Assembly: GCF_011745625.1 (NCBI RefSeq) | Contig: NW_027191460.1 | Span: 620,001-684,000 of the forward strand | DNA length: 64,000 nt | Reading direction: 5' to 3' | From: Cladosporium halotolerans | Taxonomy: Eukaryota | Shown: positions 1 to 11,588 of the stretch, in pieces | Position numbering within the stretch: position 1 is the first letter of the stretch | How the letters are laid out: the number at the start of each line of letters is the position of its first letter | The notes under the pieces: model-generated | What the model saw: only the letters and a program-made list of their open reading frames with translations | Told to the model about the DNA's origin: nothing | Databases searched by the model: none | Position numbers and translations under genes: made by a program

Positions 1-1695
1 AGCATTCCCATCTGGCAGCGAAGAACTTGTCACGGCGTATTGCACAGCCGTGCTGACCGCAAGCCCGGTTACAGCGCCCAGCATCCGCATGAGATTTCGC
101 GCTGAAGTAGCCACGGCGCGATCTTGAGGCTTGCAAAGAGCCTGGAGGGCGACGAGAGCTGTACTGTCGTTTAACGATGTGACATTGTCAGAGCACCAGT
201 ATAGGCACTTACCTGGCTGATGAACAAAACCAATACCGGCGCCTTCGACGATGAGAGTCAACACCTCCGTCCACATCGGAGTGGTGCGTGAGAAGTTGAC
301 TTTCAGTCCAACTCCGAGTAGCCAGAAGGCGAAGCCTATCCACATTACTGGACCGTATCTATCCGTTGTCAGCACATTAACCTTGATAGGCCTGACTTTT
401 TTGACTGCCGTACCTTGCAAATCTTGTCATGAGCGGTCCAGAAATCGCACCGACAACACTAAGCGTGACAAGCAGGGACAATAGTAGCGTGGCTGTCTGT
501 AGGGGACTGTATCCACGGACTTCCTGAAAGTACATCGGTAAGAAGTACAAGTCAACTTGGAAAACGAAGTCATATGCCGGAGCTTGAAGGAATAGGATCA
601 GCGTGGATCGCTTGGTGAATAGACGCAGAGGGATCATTGGGATCGAGGCCAGACGTTTCTGAATCACGAAGAACAGGAACCAGCTGGCAGCTCCAATGCT
701 CAGCATTGATATGACCATGGCGCTGTTCCAAGGCCATTTCGAACCGCCGTAATTTATCGGAAGCTGATGAGTTGCGTCAGCCAATCCAATCACAGGTGAT
801 GCACAAGGTCGATTACACTCACCAACAAGAACACCATCGCCGTTACGACTACAACGAGACCCATCCAATCAATCCTGCCCAACTTCTCCCTCCAGCTCCC
901 AACGACCGGCTTCAACGGAAGCAGAAACCCCATGAACACCAGACAGACGCTCGCAAGAATCGGCGGCATCCAGAAAATCCACCTCCACGCCTCGCCTCCC
1001 CTCCGCAGCATCTCAGCCGCAATGAAAGGTCCCGTGCAAGAACCGAGTCCGATCGCCGTACTAAGCAGCCCCTGGTACTTCCCTCGGTCTCTCATGCTCA
1101 CGAGATCGCTCACGACAATCGTCACGACTGAGCTAACCCCGCCACCTCCAACACCGCTCAGCGCCCGACAGACATACAGCCAAGTCGGTGTCTGCGCAAA
1201 ACCGCACAGCACGCCACCGAGCACGATAAAACCAAGCGAAGTCATCAAGACTGGCTTCCTGCCAAAGACGTCCGACAGCCTGCCGTACAGCGGTTGGCAG
1301 GCTGCTTGGCCCATCAGGTAAGCTGTGCCGGCCCAGGTGATGGATGTACCGGCGTTGAGCGAGCTGCCGATGGCTGGGAGAGCGGTTGCAACGGCGTTGA
1401 TGTCGAGGGTTGAGATGAAGTACGCCGTCGAGAGGCAGGCGTAGACGAGCATTAGGCGGGGGAAGGGGAGGCGGGAGGTTTGGTCGTGGATGTCTGTAGT
1501 GTCGATGGACGTGGGTTCGATTATTCGCGGTTGCGGAGATGCGGTGCTGTGGTTAGTGTCATGGCTTCTACGGATTGATGTTTGTGAAGTAGAATTCTGA
1601 GGGCTGTGGTGTTGGTCTTCCTCATGTGTAGTCGACGTTCGCTGTGGCGCGTGAGCCGGGTCGATGATGTCGAGTGTGACTGTTTCGGTTGCCAT
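1..1695 (-). CDS. MFS drug:H+ antiporter-like transporter (DHA2 type), multi-exon, 3' end runs off window start
   Basis: ORF 790..1695 has the MFS motif 'YGRLSDVFGRKP' and hydrophobic TM segments. Intron 764..822 (GTGAGT...GCTGAC...CAG) joins it to the 377..868 frame (LPINYGGSKWPW...IPLRLF...LPMYFQEVRG). Further introns lie near 360-413 and 161-212. Confidence 0.9.
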
Positions 1696-2296
1696 TGGAA
1701 CAATTATGGATGTAACGGCATCATCTAGGGTACGATGAACTTTTCAAAGAAGTCCTGAGAAGGTGATGCTGGAATTTGTTTTGGAGATAACTGCGATTGA
1801 TCTGGTTGCCGAGGCAAAGTAATCCTGGGGCAGGCAACTTGGCGATCTGGTGAAGAGTCATATGTTCTCATCAAACCGATTTCCACAGCTTCACCAAGCA
1901 TAGTACTGAGAACGAAAGTCCACTACAAGCAACGCGAAGAAGTCCCCCTTCTTGCGAAGAGAAGAGTCGATACCGTTGAGGCGTACACCTGGCAGCTCTT
2001 GCACGACCTTGCATAGGTTGCCACAAAGCGTGCTCTTGGCTTGTCTCCAAGAGCAGCGTATTCAATTCGGACAGAGCAGGGTATCATCTATCAGTTCTTT
2101 TATAATACAATCACTCCCAATCTTCAAAAACGCCCTTCCCGTTCCCCTTCCAAAGCGGGCCCCTCCGAGGCAACAAGCTCTCAGCCCGCGCACGCAGCCT
2201 CGGTCGAGACATCGAGCGCCTTAGGCTGCGAGTACTCCCTTGACGTGAGGGCCTAGGCATGTCCGGGTGAGGATTCACTGGCAAAGCCGGCCCATT

Positions 2297-5200
2297 CTAC
2301 TGGGCAGGGGCGGGGCCACTCCTGGTGGCCCACATGACCATATTCGGGAACGAGCTGTGCGCGAAGCTCTCGGTGTAGAACGAGTGCTGCGGGCCATGGT
2401 CGCCGACGAGGTTGTGCGCCAGCTCGTGACAGAGGGTGATCCACCAGTACGACATGGCCTCGACCATGCCATGCCCGTCGTGCAGGTTCGCGAGGTGCAG
2501 CTGCTCAAAGAAGCGCAGGTTGCAGAAGAGACTGCCGCTCTTGTTGAAGGCAATGGTCGAGCCGGTCTCGTCGGCGAAGATGCTGATGGTGCTTGCGGGG
2601 AGATTGAAGATTGCGGCGCACTGTTTGAGCAGGACGGTGAAGTTTGCGAGTGCGGTTTGGTGGGATCTGAAGAAGGCCATGGGGTCGGCGCTGTGTCGGG
2701 ACAGGAAGAACTTCATGCCTTGGTCGAGGTCTCTCACGAACGTCAGGTCATGACCGGGTTTGTTGTCGCAGTATGTTGGTGCCTCTTGAATCTGGTTTGT
2801 TTCAGGTCTCGAGAAAACTGAGTTGGAGTTGTAAGAGCGGGAGGCTTTGATCGCAGCTTGCAGGTTCTGTTGGAGGGCCTGAGGACTCGTGACCGTTCCA
2901 GTATTCGGCCCAGAAGAGCTGGGCTTCGTGACTGTACCAGTGTTGGAGCTTGAAGAGCTAGGCTTGTTCTGAGTATAGGGAGGCGGTTGCTCTGAAGTCG
3001 GCGATGTGTTGAACCCGAGCTGGCGAGAGATATTTGTGAAAAGGCTTTCAGGCTTCTTGTTACCTCGTGACTGAGGCAGTGCGATCTGCTGCTCAGGAGA
3101 ATCATTGAACGACCCTGGCATGCTAGGCTGTCTCTCGGGCGTCTTTGCGTTCTCAAGCCGAAGCTGGCCCACCCCATTCGTGATGCCATTTGTGTCCGGC
3201 TGACGGCCAGCGTTCGCCTTCACAATGGCTTCTGCGATCTTTCTTTGCTCCTCCTCTCGCTTCTGTCTCTCGCTCTCCGCAATTCGGGACTCTGCAGCCT
3301 TCTGTCGAAGGATGCGATCGACGTTGTAGCCTTTAGTCTTCAAACTGCGCAGGTCGCTCTGCATCAATATCTCAAGTGCTAAGAAGTCTTGCTGGCGCGG
3401 TCTCTTGAGCAAAAGACTCATGACGGCGCGACTGACCTCGTACAGATCATACCGCGCAGTGACCCAGAGTATGGCATCTCGCTTCGTCTCCCTATGCAAC
3501 GCTGCAGTGCGCGTCTCGACGAAGTGCATCCTGTACCCTTTGAGCCTGCGCGTGACCTGCAGGAATTCCGTGCCCTTGACGCTGAGATTCTGTTCGAGCC
3601 ACTTGGCGTCGTGGCGGATCATGTCCACGGAGTGATCATGCAGGAACAAACGGCATCGCTCCACGATCAACTTCTGCAGCTTCGCAGCAAACTCTTGGTG
3701 TCTCAACTGCGCTCCCATACGCTGATCGTCTTCGACGAGCTTGCTGAGGAAAGGCGTCTCGAGCGCTGCGTAAAAGTCTTCGAGCATCTCTTCTTGCGGC
3801 GCGGCAAGAAGGTTAGACTGGAACAGACGGTAAGTGTAGAAGTCGTCTACGATCACCATGCCCGCGGCGTTGACAAGAGAGTATTCCTTAATCATCAGCT
3901 CTTCGTCGTCGGATTCACGCGCCTTCTTCTCGCTCGGCGCAGCATTCGCCACCTCTTTGACAGCAAGCAAACAGGGCGTACGCTTGAGCTGCTGCCAGAG
4001 CGTCTTGTCTTTCTTGAGGCTGGCCGAACTGTCCGCAATGCGCCTCAGCAATTGCAGATACTTATCCGTACCGAGGGTCTGCAACAAGCGTCCAGGTTGT
4101 CTAATCAACATGTAGGCAATCTCACTCGCCGTAGGCTCGTGCTTGGATCCGATGCGAAGCAGAAAAGAGTTAGCTTCAAGACCGAAGTCCGCAAAGTCGA
4201 AAATGTCTCCATAAGCCTCGCTGTCACCAAGGAAGACGGTGCGTGGCGCCACAAAGCGAACGTTACCCGTTTTCTCGCCTTTCCTCTCAGTGATAGGCAC
4301 GATCGGTGAGTTGCCCAGCTTCTCTGCGAGGTTACCTGACGGGCCAATCTCACTAAGACGCTCAGCGAAGTAACCGAACAACGTCTTTGCTTGTCCGATG
4401 TCAAGGGGCGGAGCTTTGATCAGGCGATCGGCACAGAGCTCGATGGGCGGGTCCAGAGCTACGCCGAAGACAGCATGGTGAGGGAGCATGTCCGCTCGAA
4501 GGATCCTAAACTTGAGCACTGCCGCCTTCGGGTTGCCGTAGCATTGGACGGGCTTTGCGATCATGTTGTCTTTCTCGCCAGGGAATGGTTGCACAGGCAA
4601 GAAAGCCTTGTCGATCTGTTGCATGGGATATCTATTGTATCCATGGTGGAAAGTGTTCATGATGAAGTAGCTGAGAGCCGATTTCTGAAGATCACTGTTC
4701 GAAGGCGCTTTGTTCAGGATCTCAGCCAAAATAGGCACATCGGGGTAGGGCATCAAGCCAAGCAGCCTCAAGAAACGGCCTTCAGGGCTCGCCGGTCTCC
4801 ACTGTCCCGGCCACTGTAATACAGGGAGACCGAGGCGCCGGATATCGTCGTTCGGCTCAAACAGTTCCGCGAGGCGGTACAATTTGCCCTTGTCGACTTG
4901 GTCTCCTGAAAGAGGCTCTGCTGGGCAGATCGGTGTATTGCGAAGTCTCTTGATGTCCTCGTCTGGGATATCGTCCTTGACGCTGAGAAGGTACTTCACC
5001 AGGTCAACATGGCTCCACTTGCCCTCGGCCGGTGCAGCACCGGGTTTGGACTGTGCCATCAATCGGTCGAAGACCACCGTCAGTTCGATAGTCTTGCGTA
5101 CGCCAAGAGTGCCCAAAAACTTCTCCTTCACGCCTTGCAACCCAGTGATAGTTGGAAGGTCGTCAAAGAGCTTTACGCTGGCAAAGTACGATTGAGGCGG

Positions 5201-7525
5201 TTTGCGCATGCCAAGCTTGGTTGGGATGACAGTCCTAGGAATTAACAGCTCGGCGACAGTCTGTTTCGATCCTTGACTGAGGCCGTCCCATGCTTTGGAG
5301 ATCACGGGAAGTACTTGTGTCGCAACAGCAGGTGTAGACTCAAGCGATTGACCCGGGCCGAAACCTTGACCGTTGCTTTCGATGATCCAGCGAAGCCATG
5401 GGACTATTTGCAACTCATCCCACCCGATTGAAGACAACTGACTGGGTGTCAACCCCTTGGTCAAACGGAAAGGCATCGTTTGTGGAGGTGCAGGCAGCTC
5501 AGCTGGGATCTTGGTAATATTGACAAAGCTTCGGATCTGACCAAGCTGAATGACAGGGCTTGGAGATGTGTGAATATGCTCTTCGTCAATGCCAGCGACT
5601 GTGCCATCGAACAAACTCTGAATGACTGACGCATCCATTTCGTGCCGACTTGTCTTGTTGCATGCCCATTTGATAAGCTCCACAACTTGCTTCTCCGTCA
5701 AGGCTTGCGCTTCAAGCTCACGTTTGATATCACCTGTTGTTATATCGGAGAGTAGGCCGTAATCTCTCAGCTTTGTGATAAAGTCCAATGCCTTGTCCAT
5801 CAGCTCGTCTGGCACAACCGGAATGCCCTCGACGAAGCTCAGATCTTCTGTTGCTACACGTACTTGCTGACTGGGAAGGACGCCTCGGGTGCTCAAGATG
5901 TCGATGGAAGCCTTTTGGTTGCACATCCAGAAGGCTTCCTCGATGTACTGTCCGACGCGAGAGGAGGGCGTCGACTCTTCATAAGTGTACTGTTTGAACG
6001 CGTGAACGGCAGATGGCATGACTGCAGCCACATCCTCTTTCGTAGGTCCCTTGGTCCCGTTGGTCTTAACTGCGCGGTCCAGCTTGGCCTTGAGCTCGGC
6101 CATCTCACCAGTGTATGCCACTCTGCATGCGATACCCGCGACCCGGAGCATTTCCACGTTCCAGTCGCGAACGTAGCGAGCGTTCAAATCGATGCTCTCG
6201 CGTTCCACTGTCGGAATGACAGAGGGCGCAGAGATGTGTGCCAGCAAACCTGTTGTTTGCGCGGTTGGAAAGCCGATGAAGATCTTTCCATTTTTCGATG
6301 GCAACACCGAAGCGAAGATCTCCCCAGCTTTCTTAGAACTTGCACCGGTTACTGTCGAAAGCGAAGCAGAGTTCTCATCGTATGAGGACGTCAGAATGGC
6401 AATGCGCGTAAATTTGGGCGGCGGCTTCTTGGTTGCGCGCTCAAGTTCTTGTGCGAGCGATTTTCCGACGAAAGTCTGCACGCTGACAGTGCTGATCCGG
6501 AGGAAGACTGTAGCAGTGCTAAAGCCTGTGAGATCCTCGGCAATGGCCAATTGGAGGGCTTCTTCCTCTCGTTGAGCCTTCTTCGTGGCTGATGCTGCTG
6601 AGTTCACGCCACCAGCGAGTTTACTGAACCAGCTGCGTAAAGATCCGCCGCTAGATTCAGCCTGCGACTGAGTCGCACTGATGGCGGGATTTGCAGGCAG
6701 TTGCCGATTCCAGCCAACCACGTTCATCCACTGTGCGTCAATCTGTGCATTCTGGTATTCTACAGCAGTGATCTTCATAAGCCCATCTCTTGTCTTAGGA
6801 TTGACGTCCTTAGGGAGATTGATGTTTGCACCAGGCGCCATCTTTTTTGTGAGTTTTAAGATGTTGTAGTCGTCCAGGTAGAGTTCGATACACTGTAAGC
6901 CAACAAAGGTCAAGCTAGTGGCGAGGAATTGGCACAAACCGAGCAGCGAAGGTATAGGTGTGGTGGAACTGCGGTAATCGAGCAGGAATGTAGTATCCTT
7001 AGACGCCTGGTCGTCCGGTAGCTTCCCCCGTCTCGTGAACAAACTGTCCTTCTTCCAGTAGAATGCCATGTTCTGATTTCCTGAGCTCACAAAGGGCGAC
7101 TCGCAGTCCGCAAAGACTGAGTAGAAGCCCACACCAAATGCTCCGATCTTTGTCTCGTCCGGGTTACCCTCAGCGATTCTTTTTAATCTTTGCCAGTCCG
7201 TCTCTGCAAATGCTTCGCCATCATTGCTGACCATAAGTGTCTTGAGTGTGTGGTGTAGAAGTACATGTTTGATGTGCTCGGATTTGTCCTGGGACTGTGG
7301 CAAGGGTACTGAGGCGGATGGGTTGGTTTCGAAGCGAATGGTGACTCGTGATGCTTGTGCATCTGCGGCGTTCTGGATAAGTTCGCGAAGGGTCGTCCAC
7401 TCTCCGGAGTATCGCGCAAGGACTTTGTCGATCAGGGCGCGGGTGTTAACCGTGACAGCTTCTTCGTCGAACTGAGAGCCCATGGTCTGCTCGCGCAGTC
7501 GGGCATAGTTGCTCGAGGCTGCCAT
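2297..7525 (-). CDS. Sacsin-like GHKL/HATPase domain protein (DUF3684-type) with C-terminal HExxH motif, 1742 aa, single exon
   Basis: Uninterrupted 5.2-kb ORF. N-terminal GHKL motifs are 'LRELIQNAADA', 'NDGEAF' and 'IGAFGVGFYSVF'. The C-terminus contains 'WWITLCHELAHNLVGDH'. Confidence 0.88.
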   Translation of the reverse strand: MAASSNYARLREQTMGSQFDEEAVTVNTRALIDKVLARYSGEWTTLRELIQNAADAQASRVTIRFETNPSASVPLPQSQDKSEHIKHVLLHHTLKTLMVSNDGEAFAETDWQRLKRIAEGNPDETKIGAFGVGFYSVFADCESPFVSSGNQNMAFYWKKDSLFTRRGKLPDDQASKDTTFLLDYRSSTTPIPSLLGLCQFLATSLTFVGLQCIELYLDDYNILKLTKKMAPGANINLPKDVNPKTRDGLMKITAVEYQNAQIDAQWMNVVGWNRQLPANPAISATQSQAESSGGSLRSWFSKLAGGVNSAASATKKAQREEEALQLAIAEDLTGFSTATVFLRISTVSVQTFVGKSLAQELERATKKPPPKFTRIAILTSSYDENSASLSTVTGASSKKAGEIFASVLPSKNGKIFIGFPTAQTTGLLAHISAPSVIPTVERESIDLNARYVRDWNVEMLRVAGIACRVAYTGEMAELKAKLDRAVKTNGTKGPTKEDVAAVMPSAVHAFKQYTYEESTPSSRVGQYIEEAFWMCNQKASIDILSTRGVLPSQQVRVATEDLSFVEGIPVVPDELMDKALDFITKLRDYGLLSDITTGDIKRELEAQALTEKQVVELIKWACNKTSRHEMDASVIQSLFDGTVAGIDEEHIHTSPSPVIQLGQIRSFVNITKIPAELPAPPQTMPFRLTKGLTPSQLSSIGWDELQIVPWLRWIIESNGQGFGPGQSLESTPAVATQVLPVISKAWDGLSQGSKQTVAELLIPRTVIPTKLGMRKPPQSYFASVKLFDDLPTITGLQGVKEKFLGTLGVRKTIELTVVFDRLMAQSKPGAAPAEGKWSHVDLVKYLLSVKDDIPDEDIKRLRNTPICPAEPLSGDQVDKGKLYRLAELFEPNDDIRRLGLPVLQWPGQWRPASPEGRFLRLLGLMPYPDVPILAEILNKAPSNSDLQKSALSYFIMNTFHHGYNRYPMQQIDKAFLPVQPFPGEKDNMIAKPVQCYGNPKAAVLKFRILRADMLPHHAVFGVALDPPIELCADRLIKAPPLDIGQAKTLFGYFAERLSEIGPSGNLAEKLGNSPIVPITERKGEKTGNVRFVAPRTVFLGDSEAYGDIFDFADFGLEANSFLLRIGSKHEPTASEIAYMLIRQPGRLLQTLGTDKYLQLLRRIADSSASLKKDKTLWQQLKRTPCLLAVKEVANAAPSEKKARESDDEELMIKEYSLVNAAGMVIVDDFYTYRLFQSNLLAAPQEEMLEDFYAALETPFLSKLVEDDQRMGAQLRHQEFAAKLQKLIVERCRLFLHDHSVDMIRHDAKWLEQNLSVKGTEFLQVTRRLKGYRMHFVETRTAALHRETKRDAILWVTARYDLYEVSRAVMSLLLKRPRQQDFLALEILMQSDLRSLKTKGYNVDRILRQKAAESRIAESERQKREEEQRKIAEAIVKANAGRQPDTNGITNGVGQLRLENAKTPERQPSMPGSFNDSPEQQIALPQSRGNKKPESLFTNISRQLGFNTSPTSEQPPPYTQNKPSSSSSNTGTVTKPSSSGPNTGTVTSPQALQQNLQAAIKASRSYNSNSVFSRPETNQIQEAPTYCDNKPGHDLTFVRDLDQGMKFFLSRHSADPMAFFRSHQTALANFTVLLKQCAAIFNLPASTISIFADETGSTIAFNKSGSLFCNLRFFEQLHLANLHDGHGMVEAMSYWWITLCHELAHNLVGDHGPQHSFYTESFAHSSFPNMVMWATRSGPAPAQ

Positions 7526-8076
7526 GGTGTTGGCGTGTGTTCGACGCTCTCTCTCTGTACGAGGTATCTCAAGACATGGATCGGCCGGCGAGGCACAAGC
7601 GAAGATGGTAAAAGGCGTTCAGGCGAACGAGAAGTGGCGGCTGTCAAAGGATACGCTGGAGAGTGAAGGCTGCGGCTGTGAACATGCGGAAAGGGGCAAG
7701 CCCGTAGAGAGAAACTCGATGCAGGGAACCAACGCCGATAACAATGCAGTCAAGTGTCGTAGGCTGCGTGAATCATGCAAATAAGAGAGTGAGAGGGTGG
7801 CGTATTATTTGCCGTACAGGCAGCCAGCCGGCTGTCACTGTTGATCGATGGGCTTACCGGACAGGCACTCGACCAGCTGGACCCTGGGAGATGATGCGAG
7901 GGCGCGGCTCGCCCGCCCGCCGACGGGCCCCACGCGGAGCCTCATCGAGGCCAGTTCACCACCGAGCTGCCGGGCGTCCTAGCTTTGTGTTTACCGCCCA
8001 CCTTCTGCCCTTCTGGAAAAGTGCTCCGTCGCATTCCCTCACTCCATCTATACCCCTCCTACCTTCTCACATCAGT

Positions 8077-11074
8077 ATGGCTGCCGATCTTCAGGCGATT
8101 GCGGCCCAGCTGCAGGCCAGTTTGGATCCTCAGCAGAGCAGACAGGGTACGAGCCAAATCCTCCGCCGACATCATATGTGCCAGGGCTAACTTTTCGCAG
8201 CTGAGCAAACACTAAAGGCCCAGGAAACCAACCCCGGTTTCTCTCTCGCCCTCCTTCAGATCGTCAATACAGACAGCTTCCCTCAGCCAACAAGATTAGC
8301 CAGTGCTCTCTTTTTCAAGAACTTTGTCCGCAGAAACTGGGTGGTGGGTAGCGCGCATATGAAAGAAGGTGGGGTTTACAATGACTGACGTATTGAAGGA
8401 CGAAGATGGAAACCACAAGCTTCCTCAAAATGAGGTTTCAACAATCAAGAGCGAGCTCATCGGGCTTATGGTGAAGGTTCCGCCTACCCTTCAGGCACAA
8501 CTGGGTGATGCAATCAGTGTTATCGCCGACAGCGACTTCTATCAGAGATGGGATACCCTTGTCGACGATCTTGTCTCACGACTGACACCGGATAACGCTG
8601 CGACAAACAACGGTGTTCTCAAGGTCGCTCACTCTGTTTTCAAGAAGTGGGAGCCGCTCTACCGTTCCGATGAACTTTACACCGAGATCAACCACGTGCT
8701 TTCAAAATTCGGCGATCCTTTCCTGCAGCTCTGGAGCAACGAGGATCAAGTCATCACAGCCAACGAGAACAATGCGCCCGTTCTGAAAGAGCACCTGGGT
8801 ACACTAGACCTGATCATCAAGCTTCTTTACGACCTGTCGTCGCAAGACCTTCCGCCTCAATTCGAGGACAACATCGCTACTGTTGCGAACCTCCTTCACA
8901 AATACCTCACATTCGATGCCAAGGCCGCTCAAACAGACGACGATGACGAAGCTGGTGTGCTGGAGGATATTAGAGCCGACATTTTCAGGGTGTTGATTCT
9001 GTACACGAAGAAGTATGAGGATGCGTTTGGTGCACACTTGGGTCAGTTTGTCAACACTTCCTGGACGATGTTGACAAATATTGGCCCTGAGACCAAGTAC
9101 GACACTGTTGTGGCGAGAGCGCTTGAGTTTTTGACTACCGTGTCAGGCATTTCCACTCATGCGCAAAACTTCAACAACGCCGATGTACTTGGCCAAGTGA
9201 CGGAGAAGGTTGTGATTCCCAACCTGTCTCTCCGTGAGTCGGACATCGAGCTTTTTGAGGATGAGCCGATCGAATTCATTAGACGAGACTTGGAAGGTTC
9301 CGACGAGGACACTCGGAGACGCTCAGCCACCAACTTCCTCAAGAAGCTCATGGAGCAGTTCGAGAAGGAGGTCACAACTGTTGTGCTGCGCTATGTGGAG
9401 CACTTCCTCGGCGAATACGCAAAGGACCGTAAGGGTAACTGGAAGGCCAAGGATACTGCAGTCCACCTTTTCTCATCCATCGCCGCTAAGGGTGTTGCCA
9501 CCGCCGCAAAGGGTGTGCTAAGCGTCAACCCCAACGTCGATGTGATCGAGTTCTTCCAAAACACTGTCGCCGAAGACTTGACTACAGCCGACGCACCCAC
9601 ACTCTTGAAGGTCGATGCCGTCAAGTACCTGTACATCTTCCGCAGCATTCTTTCCGCACAGCAATGGCAAGGTGCCTTCCCCTTGCTTGTACAGCATCTC
9701 AACTCTGACAACTACGTCGTCTACACATACGCTGCGATCGCTGTAGACCGCGCTCTTTACCTTACGAACGAGGCGAAGCAGCCGATCATCCCGAGGGAAA
9801 GCATCGTTCCGCTGGCCAAGGATCTGCCTCAGCATCTCTTTGCCCTCATCACCAAGGACACCAAACCGGAGAAGGTTCAGGAAAATGAATTCTTGATGAA
9901 GTGCGTTATGCGTGTGTTGATCGTCATTCGCGATGGCGTTCTGCCCATTGCCGACCTGGTCATCACCAACCTTGTCAACATCACAAAGGTCATCCGTCAC
10001 AACCCTTCAAATCCTGGTTTCTGCTACTACCACTTCGAATCTCTCGGTGCGCTTATCCGGTATGCTGGCCCTGCGCAACCCGAAAAGATCGAGTCAAGCC
10101 TCTTCACACCGTTCATGGAAGTCTTGCAAAACGCTGTGGACGAGTTCATTCCCTACGTCTTCCAGCTCTACGCTTCTATGGTCGCCACCAACCCGGCTCC
10201 CACACTGTCTAGCGGCTTCCAAGCCTTGGTTGCACCAGTCCTCTCGCCCACAACTTGGGATACCAAGGGCAACGTCCCCGCATTGAAAATGCTCCTGATC
10301 GCAATGCTCCAAAAGGGTGCCGAGCAAATCGCCGCCGCGAACCAAACCGAAGCCATCCTCGTGATCTTCCAAAAGCTCGTCGGCACCAAATCCAACGAAG
10401 GCCACGCCATGGACCTCATCGAGGCCGTCATCGCCACCTTCCCCGCCCCCGCCCTCGAAGCCTACTGGCAGCCCATCCTCCAGCTCATGTTCACCCGCCT
10501 CTCCGGCTCCCCAACCGAGGGCTTCAAGCTCCGCTTCGTCCGCTTCTACTACCTCGCCGCCGCCCTGCAGGACAAGGGCTTCGGCCCGGACGCCTTCATC
10601 GCCGCCGCCGACGCCGTGCAGGCCAACGTCTTCACCCCGATCTACACCACCATCATCCTCCCCGAAACCCAACGCCTCACGCGCCCCACCGACCGCAAAA
10701 CCGCCGTCGTCGCCCTCGCCCGCACCCTCGGCGACTCCCAGGCTTTCGTCGACCGCTACGCCAAGCGCGGCTGGACCATCTCCTGCGAGGCCCTGCTCAA
10801 GCTCCTCATCAACCCGCCGCTGCCGCAGGCCCACGACGACACAATCGAGGACCGCGACGTCGACGAGCTCGGGTTCGGCGCGGCTTTCACGGCGCTGAAT
10901 ACTTGCAAGACGGCGCCGAGGGATCCGTTTCCTGAAGTCACGGATGTTAAGGCGTGGGTCGGCGCGTATTTGCGCGAGGCGGATAAGAGGCATAATGGAC
11001 GGGTCGGGCAGTTTGTGCAGGAGAAGCTGGATGAGCAGGGGAGGGCGGCGTTGGGGAGTGTCATGGCTGCGTGA
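8077..11074 (+). CDS. CSE1: Importin-alpha re-exporter (Cse1/CAS)
   Basis: Exons 8077-8146, 8201-8343 and 8399-11074. IBN_N-like start (RLASALFFKNFVRRNW), then 'FEDEPIEFIRRDLEGSDEDTRRRSA' and 'ENEFLMKCVMRVL' motifs typical of Cse1. Confidence 0.95.
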
Positions 11075-11588
11075 GGGCGAGTTGGCTCAAATCAGCAGCA
11101 TATGTAGGGTTGTAGGGGAGGTAGCTTGATGAGGTGATGACAGGATTATTGACGGGGTTGATTGATACCATGGTCGTTTTTCCTTGCTTGGTCGTGGGCA
11201 AGGAGAACGTAAATTACGGGACGAATGCTGGTGGAGGAGGGTTTCGGTAGCCCAATTTTGTTGTAGATAACAAAAAGCGTTTCTTGTCACTTTAGGTGCC
11301 GTTCTGTCTATCTTTCCCCTGGCTGTGAGTAGGCATTCATGGTTTCGCCAGACACCAACGCTCGTGCCTCGTTCATCGACGTGTGATCTCACCTGTGGAG
11401 GGGCTGCCGGGGCTTATCAGCTTATCGGCCGGCAAACTTTCTCGTCTGACTGCCAGACCCCTCCGAGGCAAGTCAGAGAAGCCGCGAAGCCGTGGAGCGC
11501 AAACAGTCAGAATCGCGACATTTTTTTCTCGTTTGGCGTTCGGGCAATTCAGACTTCGGATTTTTCACGGACAGAATTGACAGCAAGC

